Source: Cyanidioschyzon merolae
Lineage: Eukaryota
DNA: 64,000 bases
Assembly: GCA_000091205.1 (NCBI GenBank)
Contig: AP006491.2
Direction: 5' to 3' (one strand)
In this document: positions 40,826-50,445 of the stretch, piece after piece
Layout: each line of letters opens with the position of its first letter
Numbering within the stretch: position 1 is the stretch's first letter
Position numbers and translations under genes: made by a program
Notes under the pieces: generated by a model
Databases searched by the model: none
Told to the model about the DNA's origin: nothing
Seen by the model: only the letters and a program-made list of their open reading frames with translations

Positions 40826-43651
40826 TTGTGTTGCCGAACTTCGACTGGCTCGCGCTGGCGCTTTAGCCGGGCAGACGCACCTATGCGTTTGGCAGTTCTA
40901 GGCTTGCCCTCACCGAGCTTTGGAATGGAACTGGAACTCGCTTTTGTCTCTAATATACTTGGAACGGCGAGAGTAGGGAGTTTTCTAGGCAAAGACGCGA
41001 AGGACGCGCTCCTTCTGAATAGCCGGCGGTGGGTTCCGCACGCGAAGCGGTTTCGTTTAGGTCGGCGCACCGCGCTAAGCCTAGAGAGCAAAGGCAAGAA
41101 GCACCACGATAACACTGGTGCCTTTACTTCAGGATCCGCTCGTCGGGAGCTTAGTGGTCTAGCGGCAACGAGCGACGGAGGCTCATCTGGTTCTTCGTTC
41201 GTCAGCGAGGAAGAAGTTGAGGTGTTGGAAGGGTTCGAAGACCTGCTCCTAACGTCCAACAAGAAGAAAGTGACTCCGAAAACAAAACCAGCACCCACCT
41301 CTGATGCAAAGGCCCAAGCTTCTGTTAATGGGTTTGAGGTCCTCGAAGGATTCGAAGACCTTTTCACGGAGCCGAAGAAGGGGAAAAAAGGCAAAAAATC
41401 AAAGGCACAAGCTTCAACCGTGACTTCGGCGTTGCGCGCTGCAGCACCAAATGAAGGCTCAGTGAAAGCGTCGCATTCTGAAAACGCAGAGCACGGGATA
41501 GCAGCTCCGGCGGACCCTCAACGCAACGGAAAGTTAACTGCTACTACTGGTGAGACCGTGCACTCTCTTGAGAGGGAAACTCAGCGACCCGCTGCAGCCA
41601 CGGAAGAATCGAAACAAGCTTCCAGGACCGTTGCTACGGGCGACTCGCCCCCGCTGGAGACAGTGCTGGACGCGGGCTCGGAGGAATCCTCGGAGCAGGT
41701 TCCGGAAGATGATGTGAGCTCCGGAAACAATGCTCGCCAGAAGCGCCAGTCCCAGAGCACCTCAACTGCCGCGGGGCGCGCCGCCCTCAACCTCAGGGCC
41801 GACGCCGGTGATGACATCACGGCCGAGTCAGTGTTCCTTCGTCTGGAGGATGTTAGTGTGTCATATCGGGGAGAGGTCGTTGTGAAAAAGGCAGAACTTG
41901 ACATTCGCATGGGCGATCGTATTGCTATTGTGGGAAAGAACGGTTCAGGGAAAACGTCTCTTTTGCGCATCCTGGCTGGACTGCAAGAGCCGACAAAAGG
42001 CGAGGTTGTGCGCTCGCCCGCAGGCCTGCGTGTGGGTTACCTGCGTCAAGAGTTCCATGACGACCTGAATCCGACGCGAACGCTACGTGAGGAACTCTCC
42101 TCTGCTCTGACGGAGGCAAATGCGGCACTCGCCCGATATCACGAGCTGGAGAACCAAGTCGCCAGCGTTGCGCACGATCCCGATCGCCTCGGTGCGCTTC
42201 TGGAAGAGCTAGAGCGTGCCCGCATAGAATGCGAGCGGGTTGGTGCTTTCAACATAGATATGAAAGTGGATCGCGTAATGGCCGCTCTGGGCTTCGTCTC
42301 CGGGGATGATCCCGAGAAGCTGGTTGCATCTTACTCCGGTGGATGGAAAATGCGCATAGGCCTCGGCAAAGTGCTTCTCCATGAGCCGCACGTGCTGCTT
42401 CTCGACGAACCGAGCAACCATCTTGATGTAGATTCTGTGGAGTGGTTGGAAAACTACCTCTGCTCGCTCCCGATTCCCTTAGTGATTGTGTCGCATGACC
42501 GAGAATTCATCGACCGTGTATGCAACAAAGTGGTCGAGATGGAGCGAGGTGAAACTGTGAAGTACGTCGGTAACTATACGAGCTTCCTGAAACAGAAAAA
42601 AGAGCGTATAGCTGCATGGCAAGCCGCGTATGAACGCCAGATGAAGTACATCGAAGAGCAAAAGGCGTTTATCAACCGCTTCAAGAACAATGCTGCAAGG
42701 GCATCGCAAGTCAAGAGCCGTGAGAAAGCACTCGAGAAATTCATGGCCGCGGAGAAGTTCGTGTCGCCACCGCCAGGCAACGAAAAAATGCTTCGTTTCC
42801 GCTTTCCATCGGCGCCACGTTCGGCTCGCGATTTGGTTTCGCTTCGCTCGGTCACCATGCGCTACGGGGACCGTACGCTCTTCCGTAATGTCGACTTTAC
42901 GATTGAGCGGGGAGATCGCATCGCCGTTGTGGGCCCGAACGGCAGCGGCAAGTCGACGTTGCTTCGGCTGATCTGCGGGATAGAGGCTCCGACAGAAGGC
43001 GAGGTGGCGATCGCCGAGTACGGTACCAAGATCGCATACTTTGAGCAGAATCAGGCAGATGCACTGGATATGAACCTGACGATCCTTGAAACAATGCAGC
43101 GAGCCGCGCCGGCAAACATGCCCTACGAGCAGATTCGTGCGCTTCTCGGACGATTTCTGTTCAAAGGCGATGCAGTGGAGAAGAAAGTTGGTTCACTGAG
43201 TGGCGGCGAAAAAGCGCGCCTGGCGCTTTGTAAGATCCTGCTCGAGCCGGCGAATCTGCTCGTTCTCGATGAGCCAGGCAACCATGTGGACATTGAGGGT
43301 CGCGAGTGCCTCGAGGAGGCTCTCCAGGAATACGACGGTACGCTCGTTATCGTGAGCCATGACCGCTACCTTGTGTCTCAGGTGGCCACGAGTGTCATTG
43401 CCATTGAAAATGGCAAACTGGAGTTTTATGATGGTGATTATCGCTTCTACTGTGAACAGCACCTGGAGTTGCGCCAGCGACTTCGCGAGCGCGCCATCGC
43501 CGGTGTGACCGACATCAAGTCGGCGCCAGTGGAGGCCATGGCGCGGGCGGGTGACGGTCAGTTGCACGAAGAACGCAAGAAGACTTTTGGCGGATCTGGT
43601 GTGAAGAACAAGAAAGACAGCATGATGAACTCAAAGCGCTGGAATGACTAA
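40826..43651 (+). CDS. ABCF: ABC-F family ATPase with two ABC domains and no transmembrane domain, plus a long low-complexity N-terminal extension
   Basis: 941 aa. Two Walker A sites are present (GKNGSGKTSLLRILAG and GPNGSGKSTLLRLICG). Two signature motifs are present (LSGGWKMRIGLGKVLL and LSGGEKARLALCKILL). Walker B and H-loop are also present. The linker between cassettes is typical of ABCF/EttA/Uup-like proteins. The N-terminal 330 or so aa are Ser/Lys-rich with a duplicated VLEGFEDL motif. Confidence 0.85.
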   Translation: MCCRTSTGSRWRFSRADAPMRLAVLGLPSPSFGMELELAFVSNILGTARVGSFLGKDAKDALLLNSRRWVPHAKRFRLGRRTALSLESKGKKHHDNTGAFTSGSARRELSGLAATSDGGSSGSSFVSEEEVEVLEGFEDLLLTSNKKKVTPKTKPAPTSDAKAQASVNGFEVLEGFEDLFTEPKKGKKGKKSKAQASTVTSALRAAAPNEGSVKASHSENAEHGIAAPADPQRNGKLTATTGETVHSLERETQRPAAATEESKQASRTVATGDSPPLETVLDAGSEESSEQVPEDDVSSGNNARQKRQSQSTSTAAGRAALNLRADAGDDITAESVFLRLEDVSVSYRGEVVVKKAELDIRMGDRIAIVGKNGSGKTSLLRILAGLQEPTKGEVVRSPAGLRVGYLRQEFHDDLNPTRTLREELSSALTEANAALARYHELENQVASVAHDPDRLGALLEELERARIECERVGAFNIDMKVDRVMAALGFVSGDDPEKLVASYSGGWKMRIGLGKVLLHEPHVLLLDEPSNHLDVDSVEWLENYLCSLPIPLVIVSHDREFIDRVCNKVVEMERGETVKYVGNYTSFLKQKKERIAAWQAAYERQMKYIEEQKAFINRFKNNAARASQVKSREKALEKFMAAEKFVSPPPGNEKMLRFRFPSAPRSARDLVSLRSVTMRYGDRTLFRNVDFTIERGDRIAVVGPNGSGKSTLLRLICGIEAPTEGEVAIAEYGTKIAYFEQNQADALDMNLTILETMQRAAPANMPYEQIRALLGRFLFKGDAVEKKVGSLSGGEKARLALCKILLEPANLLVLDEPGNHVDIEGRECLEEALQEYDGTLVIVSHDRYLVSQVATSVIAIENGKLEFYDGDYRFYCEQHLELRQRLRERAIAGVTDIKSAPVEAMARAGDGQLHEERKKTFGGSGVKNKKDSMMNSKRWND

Positions 43652-44599
43652 GAACATTGTCAGGTCCGGTGTAAACGTCCGTTTTCTTCAAAAGGTACGC
43701 CCGGAGGGAGCGTTTTACGAACCCTGTGGCTCTGGTCGTCATGACGCCCATGCTCTGCTCAGCATCGTTGACGCATTCGCAGTTTGGGGAGCACGCTGTA
43801 CGGTGCTGGAACGGGTACCCGTGTTACCGCAGCTTGAGTGCTTGCTCGGTACGTCGAGCGCTCGCGCAACACCACAGCAACACACTCTGCATCTTCGATG
43901 AAAAATGTTGCAGCTTGTTTCCCTCATAGGACTTTCTGGAGGAATCTCTGGTGATGTTCACGCATCTTCTGTGACGAACAAGCAGGGAATTCGCAGCACC
44001 TGCATCCGAGCGTCTGCTGCATGTATGCTGGTGCTCGCACAGCGACGGCAACAGTGTCGGTGCGTCTCGGGCCGATGCCCCCAGTGGTACGGCAGAGTCG
44101 TTCTGTCTTCGTGCTGCTTCTGCACCGGCGCTAGCGGTACTATTGTGGATGCTTCTGGAAGACTCGGCGGGTCATGGAACATGGTTAGTGACCAGATTCT
44201 CCGTGGGGAAATATTGGGCAGTTCAATTTGGAGCTCGGATGTATATCGACAGATGCTTTTCCAATCGCTGATATCAAGCAAGCCGTCGGGGATCCCTAGT
44301 CAGTACACACGTTCGATCAAAGGAAACGTGAACGGCATCACTGCTGTGCATCCAAGTCGCGTGCGCCCGCGATCAGCAGCGCACATCTGCCTTCCTTTCA
44401 GTACTATACGCAAGGCATTGTTTCATGCCAGAGGATGCGCTCAGATTCATCATGGAGAGGATCTACATGTACAGTTGCAGTCAACTACGCAGCGCTCGGG
44501 TTCTACTGACGACTGACCAGCCTGCTGGCTCGCATGCAGTCGACATGTCGTGGCCCGTACCGCACCGTGCGGTCATTGGTGCGTCCCCGGGGCGATGCC

Positions 44600-45375
44600 C
44601 GCTGGCGCCATCGCATCCTGCCCCGGCTCCCGGAACCCATAAACATCCTCTTTGAATGCGTGGAGCGTTCAAGGCGTCGTCTGTTTGTCACCAGTTTTTC
44701 AGGGATGAAGCGCAGCCGCCCATTGCTGCAGGAGCCGAGCACAGTCAACATCCTCTTTGAATGCGTGGAGCGTTCAAGGCGTCGTCTGTTTGTCACCAGT
44801 TTTTCAGGGATGAAGCGCCGCCGCCCATTGCTGCAGGAGCCGAGCACAGTCAACATCCTCTTTGAATGCGTGGAGCGTTCAAGGCGTCGTCTGTTTGTCA
44901 CCAGTTTTTCAGGGATGAAGCGCCGCCGCCCATTGCTGCAGGAGCCGAGCACAGTCAACATCCTCTTTGAATGCGTGGAGCGTTCAAGGCGTCGTCTGTT
45001 TGTCACCAGTTTTTCAGGGATGAAGCGCCGCCGCCCATTGCTGCAGGAGCCGAGCACACTCAACATCCTCTTTGAATGCGTGGAGCGTTCAAGGCGTCGT
45101 CTGTTTGTCACCAGTTTTTCAGGGATGAAGCGCCGCCGCCCATTGCTGCAGGAGCCGAGCACAGTCAACATCCTCTTTGAATGCGTGGAGCGTTCAAGGC
45201 GTCGTCTGTTTGTCGCCAGTTTTTCAGGGATGAAGCGCAGCCGTCCATTGCTGCAGGAGCCGAGCACACTCAACATCCTCTTTGAATGCGTGGAGCGTTC
45301 AAGGCGTTCGTCTGTTTGTCACCAGTTTTTCAGGGATGAAGCGCAGCCGCCCATTGCTGCAGGAGCCGATCTCAG
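44600..45375. repeat. 105-bp tandem array, about 7.4 near-identical units
   Basis: The unit is catcctctttgaatgcgtggagcgttcaaggcgtcgtctgtttgtcaccagtttttcagggatgaagcgc[c/a]gccgcccattgctgcaggagccgagcaca[g/c]tcaa. Copies start at 44644, 44749, 44854, 44959, 45064, 45169 and 45274. The period is 35 codons, so ORFs stay open on both strands (plus strand: ILFECVERSRRRLFVTSFSGMKRRRPLLQEPSTVN repeated). Confidence 0.9.
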
Positions 45376-46866
45376 CACCAGTCGTACCGATTGCAGTGGT
45401 ACCCGCGTAATGCAGCTCCCCAATGTCGTTCGAGGTACACTGGGGCGCGGTGACCTCTGGGTGCCCCACCCACACTGCGAGTAGCTTATGCGTGTGTAGA
45501 CCGTGTCAAGCCGTATCAAGAGTCCTCACATAACGTGCTTTTTGAATGTCAGCAGTTGGTCCACATGACCAGGCGCTGCCTTGTCGCATAAACGAGAACT
45601 CGGGGATGTCTTCTGGGAATTCGAGACGACTTCCACGAGAATCGCGTTTGTTTGGTAACGAGTTAAAGGACCCATCCTGATCCGACCGCGACCACAACTG
45701 CGCTCTAGTGCCTGTATCAATCACCTCGCGCGCAGTTGTGTAGTTCCATGGCTCTGCAAATGTCACAACTCCTCGTACGGAAACGCAGCGACATCTTTGC
45801 ATGAACTTGACAGAATGCTGGATTTCCTGCTCACTCCCCGAAGCCTAGTCGTTCGGAGTGCTTTCGTCTCGTGGGCTGTGGCGCAGAGCTCTCCAAGGAT
45901 GCTCCTTTCTGAACTACACGCCCGTGAACAGCGGTGATCTCGTCCATGCATCCAGGTTGCTGACACGCTCGTGATATCCTGGGGGAAACTTTACCACTCA
46001 ACACTTCGTTTTGCGCACCGATCTCAATACCAGTGAGAACAATGCTGATGCGCATCAACAGAGCGCAAGGCAGCCTCCTGGTCTCGGGCGCACCATCCGT
46101 CTCGTGGAGCAGGGACGCTCCAGCATCAAAACTGCTCGCCGATAATCGGGTCCGCTATGCATTTCAGCGCAGCAGTCCATTGCGTGTCGCAAATCTCAAT
46201 GCCTGTACCCGATTCAGCTCGTGAACACGAACAGAGCAACGTGCACGATCACTAAAGCCAGACAAGTGCACGCACCACAGACCAGCACGCCTCAAGGGCA
46301 CCTTTCCCTGCCAAGTCAAAAAACGTACCACTGCCCCGAATTTCCCGTACGATGCGTCAGCACCTGTGGCGAAATGAGCTCGTGAGGCCGCACGCCTAAC
46401 CTCGACGATCAGGGCTGCATCAGCGCGCTCTATCTAATGCACTGCGCCCGCACTAGTCCAGCTGACATGGCCACTCGCTCACGAGAAGCTTCACATTGCA
46501 AATGCAGCCACGCGTCATGGAGCGTCTGCGTCCCGGGACGCACACCCGAAATGCCTAGGCGCCCGCTCGCACGCGGATGCTTCCGTGTGGGCAAGATGGT
46601 GCACGCCGCAGCGCTGCCGCGTTGCGCACGACCTCCGCTTCGTGCACGACATCGCGTGAGCATACGATCACACTAGTCCATGACACAGGCAGCAAGCAGG
46701 AAGATACCCGACCGTATCACTCTTTCCTGGAGTCGATCCAAACGATCCACCCAAGACTCGCGTATTCCGCCGTCCCAGCTCGCCGTGCTAATGCACGCCC
46801 TGGAGACACCTCTCTGTGGCACGATGGACAGATCGATCGACAAGCCTCCTGCGTTTACACAGATTC

Positions 46867-47301
46867 TTAGAAAGGAAAAACATAGGTCGGCCCATGACTT
46901 CGAGTCTTGTAAATAGGCTCCCTCTTTTTCTCCCAGTCAGGAACGTGTTCCATCACTTTGGCTTCCCAGGCCTCCCACTGCGCTTTTGCTTTCAGGTACC
47001 GCTCGTCCTCTTCTGCCTGTAGGAACGGCGCTAAAGCCGCCCGCACTTGACGACGTTCCTCGAGAAGTTCTCTTCGGTGTAAGTTATAGTTGCCCATTCG
47101 CCAAAAACCGTATGCCATAACGAGGGCGCTCCCGAGGAAGAGCGCCGTAGCCGAGGGCCCCACGTTCCGCGGCAGGTTCCGCCGAACGTCCAGCCGCGGA
47201 TAGCCGCCCGGCGGTGGACCGTCCTGCAAGTGTTGGAGCGGCGGGGGTTTTGGCGGTTCCGTCACGCCAGAGTACGGAGGCCGCTCACCAGTGAGCGACA
47301 T
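46867..47301 (-). CDS. NDUFA13: NADH dehydrogenase (ubiquinone) 1 alpha subcomplex subunit 13 (GRIM-19), a complex I accessory subunit
   Basis: PPGGYPRLDVRRNLPRNVGPSATALFLGSALVMAYGFWRMGNYNLHRRELLEERRQVRAALAPFLQAEEDERYL...VPDWEKKREPIY is colinear with human NDUFA13 ([38 protein letters not shown]...[28 protein letters not shown]...DVPDWK). Confidence 0.8.
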   Translation of the reverse strand: MSLTGERPPYSGVTEPPKPPPLQHLQDGPPPGGYPRLDVRRNLPRNVGPSATALFLGSALVMAYGFWRMGNYNLHRRELLEERRQVRAALAPFLQAEEDERYLKAKAQWEAWEAKVMEHVPDWEKKREPIYKTRSHGPTYVFPF

Positions 47302-47859
47302 GTCGAACGCGAGTTCAGGTCACTCCCTGAAGTGGGCAGTATACAGAACTCCAAAAATACCGGCCACTGTGGTTGCACGCGGTTACGCTACTCCCGCTCC
47401 ACTCTACTACCAAAGCGCAAAGCCAACTACTCTTCAGTCTTGACTTGCTTCTCAAGTAACGTCAGTGCACCGTGCCTTGCGCTTGTCCAGGGAACGTACC
47501 AAGCTCTCGCAGAAGTGTATCGCCCGTTGGGCTCGTGGCAGGAGCGCGCACGCGCACACGGCATCGATGTTTTTCCGATGACCAAATTCGTGTCCATGGA
47601 CCAGGGATCCCAGATTGTGAGATGGGTATTCGTAATTGAAAAAGCGTCCATGATGATGCACTTTACCTTCAAGTTCCATTCCTTGGCCTTCAGCTCGGAT
47701 ATACTGGTCGTTTTGTAGGTTATATTGTGTGTCAAGTGCATGCCTTGGAGCATCCACAACAGAGCCGAAACCGCTGGAGCAGATATTTCATAGAGGCAGG
47801 ACCGGATTTGCCACACCATTGACTACTTCGACTCGGGGCTTGGATCATCCGACACAGGG

Positions 47860-49960
47860 TCGGTATACACGATCATTCTGGGAGCCTGCAAATTTCGCAG
47901 ACAGACCTACTGTGTCCGACTGCGCGAAGCGATATACTACAAGTCCACTGCGACCAGGGCGATGCCCAGACGCAACATCGGCGCTCCGAGTCCCAGAATA
48001 CACTGCGTTGCGGCCGAGTTGGTCAGATCTCACTAACGCAACAGCCACAGGAGAGAGCACGAAGCACCAGCCCGGCAGACTTGTCCGGTTCGCGGGATCT
48101 TCCACCTCTAAGGTAAAGTTTCGACAAAAAGGAAACCATTTCCCCTTCTTCATGTTTGCCGTAGAGGGGCAAAGAACTCGTTCTATCGTTGCTCGTTCGT
48201 GGATAGTTTCTGATCTTTTTTCTGTGCAGTGCGGTCGATATGCGCACCTGGGAGATCTAGCACGCTCGAGGCACGACGCGCATCGACAAGTGCCACTGGC
48301 GGTGCGGCTTCATTCCATGCGCGCGTGCTGCACCGAGTTACTGGTATCGATGACCCGAGTTCGATTCTTTCATACGACACGACACGTCATCCTCTGAGGC
48401 GTACGGGGGTTTCACGCCAGCTTCCCTTTGCATCAAGGCAAGGTCAGGTGCGTATATTGTGATTCTTTCTAAATCGTATCAGGGCAGATGCACGGTGCCT
48501 GCTCCATTTTTTCACATGCAGATGGTTACCGCATCTTGAAACGGACACGTCCAAGTTTTCCAAGTGGCGTCCATACGCCCGCAATTTCGAGCGAGCAGCG
48601 AACGAACCCGCCACGGCAAGCGCTCTGGTACCACCCGCTCGATTCAGCGGTATCCAGACCAGAGCGATTCGGAGTTGAACGACAAAGACCTAGACATCAA
48701 GGCGCATCCCATAGAATAGTGTCAGATGAATATGGAACACTGAGTTGCTCGCTCCTTTCCTGAATTTCGCTCATTATCCGAAGATTTTCAGATGTTCTGC
48801 CTCGGCATTTGAATAGTTTCAAGAACGGCTTGCGCATTCATATGTAGTTCTTGGATTCTCGGTCGTTTGCACGGGGCAGGTCCAACGAAGCAACGCAGCT
48901 GGAATGAATTACCTTGCCGGAATCAAAATGCTTCGCGACGCCCTCAGACAAGCATTGGTAAAATAACCGATATCATCATCCAATTCATACGTACAAGAAT
49001 CCGCGCTTCTTTCCTGACGTGAAGCATGTTAGGGCCATGCATGCTTCAAGTTTTCCGACTCTCTATTTCACGACAACTCATGGGCGGAGCCATTTGCGCC
49101 CCCGAATGAACGACGAAAAATCACAGTCGGTGTCATCTCTCGACGACTTGTTCATGAATGCATGTTGGAAGGTCACTGAACGTTTCATAGCAAATAATCG
49201 ATTCTATTCGAAGCACAAACCTTCCTCTCCTTGTGGCCGACGACGGAATGGCATTCGAGCGCAGCAGCTTTATACCGGTCACATGAGATGCCTCCACATG
49301 CCCCCGTCGGTTCTGTTTGCGTGGAAAAGAGTTGCATCCTCGGACTTTAGTGATCGCAGCGATCGCTTCTATTTTAGGGTGCGTCAACGAGTCGCGAGTG
49401 GAGAGCTTAGACGGTTCAAATTTCTGGATTTGATCTTAAGCCAGGATTTTCCTTCCGGTACTTGATTCGTCATGAACAACATCGCGTTCCACAAATCCTC
49501 TACCGAATGGGCGAGCGTTCACTTGCGTGTGCAGCGGACTGGGTACTCGCCGACGGGATTGCCCAGAGGAAGCCCGCGTTCGTCGGGCACGACACCGGGT
49601 GCGGAATCCGAAGAAGCCACTGAGCTTAGCCTTCTGTGCCCGTCAAGGGCATGTACCGGGCGATGATGCAAGCGTTTGCGTGCCACAAGACGGCGCTCGG
49701 ACGAGCAGCTCTGCTGGCGGTCTCCAGGAACACGTGACAGCGGTCAAAAGTCACTTCTGCGATGCGAGAACCGATACTGTATAGAATAAAACGAGGAAAT
49801 GAGCACATCAAGCATAGATTGCAGCTTCCATCAGTTTGTGCAATGCACCGACAGCTGCCGAAAGTTGCAAACCGGGACCTGAACGCTGTCATCAATATTC
49901 TTCGGCTGCTGGAACGTACTCGGAGGCAAAGGGGAGACAGACGAACGCAAAGCCCTTGAC
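47860..49960 (+). mobile_element. Degenerate Fanzor-bearing transposon remnant (copy d); boundaries approximate
   Basis: 47860..48290 is homologous to 39330..39800. The shared stretches are cattctgggagcctgcaaa, gcgatatactac, cagggcgatgcccagacgcaac and tcccagaatacactgcgttgcggccgag. 48800..49560 is homologous to 18900..19650. The 49019..49465 ORF holds a decayed zinc-finger region (QQLYTGHMRC, compared with EFRTSYTHHELGC). The 49762..49959 ORF holds NRDLNAVINILRL, the RuvC-III motif. A lower-GC island. Confidence 0.5.
49762..49959 (+). pseudogene. Fanzor/TnpB-like RuvC-III fragment of copy d
   Basis: The 65-aa ORF contains KVANRDLNAVINILRLLERT, the third independent occurrence in this window of the D-x-N-A-A-x-N-I motif. 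The upstream protein context is missing. Confidence 0.5.
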
Positions 49961-50445
49961 AAAGGAGGAGGAGGAAAGGCGGCGGTCGCAAAGTCCTGCA
50001 AATACTGATGCTGACGACAAAGGAAATAGACTCAAACTCTAGCGTTAACGCCCGCGTTCAATCTGCGTACCCATTCTTATTTAGTCTGACACGGGGTAGC
50101 GCATCTGTGTAACATCTCGGCAAATGCTCCGAGCAGACGCCACTTCACATCGGTCGCCATTCGAATCGAGAGCCACGAATTCCGGGCAGCATCAGCTGCC
50201 GCTGCAGTATCCCCGGTTGGCACACCAGGGTCCCTGCAAAACAACGAGTCCATATGCGCATCAGGTATCGGGCTGGCGTCAGACGCGCCAGCGCTCGTGC
50301 TGACAACAACGATCGCTTACTGCGCCTGCATACTCACGCGCGCATGGTACCGGTCGCGTCGAGGCGCCGCTGTGCAGGGGCGCAGCTTCACTCGAATACA
50401 ACGATAAGCACGTTTGCCATCCGGTACCGTCGCCTTGGCGAAGAC

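Noticed and set aside
40561-41394. 277-aa minus-strand ORF opposite the ABC-F gene
   Set aside because: It lies antisense to a well-supported coding region. Long open antisense frames are expected at this GC content. There is no homology.
44600-45375. 105-bp array considered as a CRISPR array or satellite
   Set aside because: There are no spacers. Every 105-bp unit is a copy of the same sequence. Interpreted as a codon-periodic tandem repeat.
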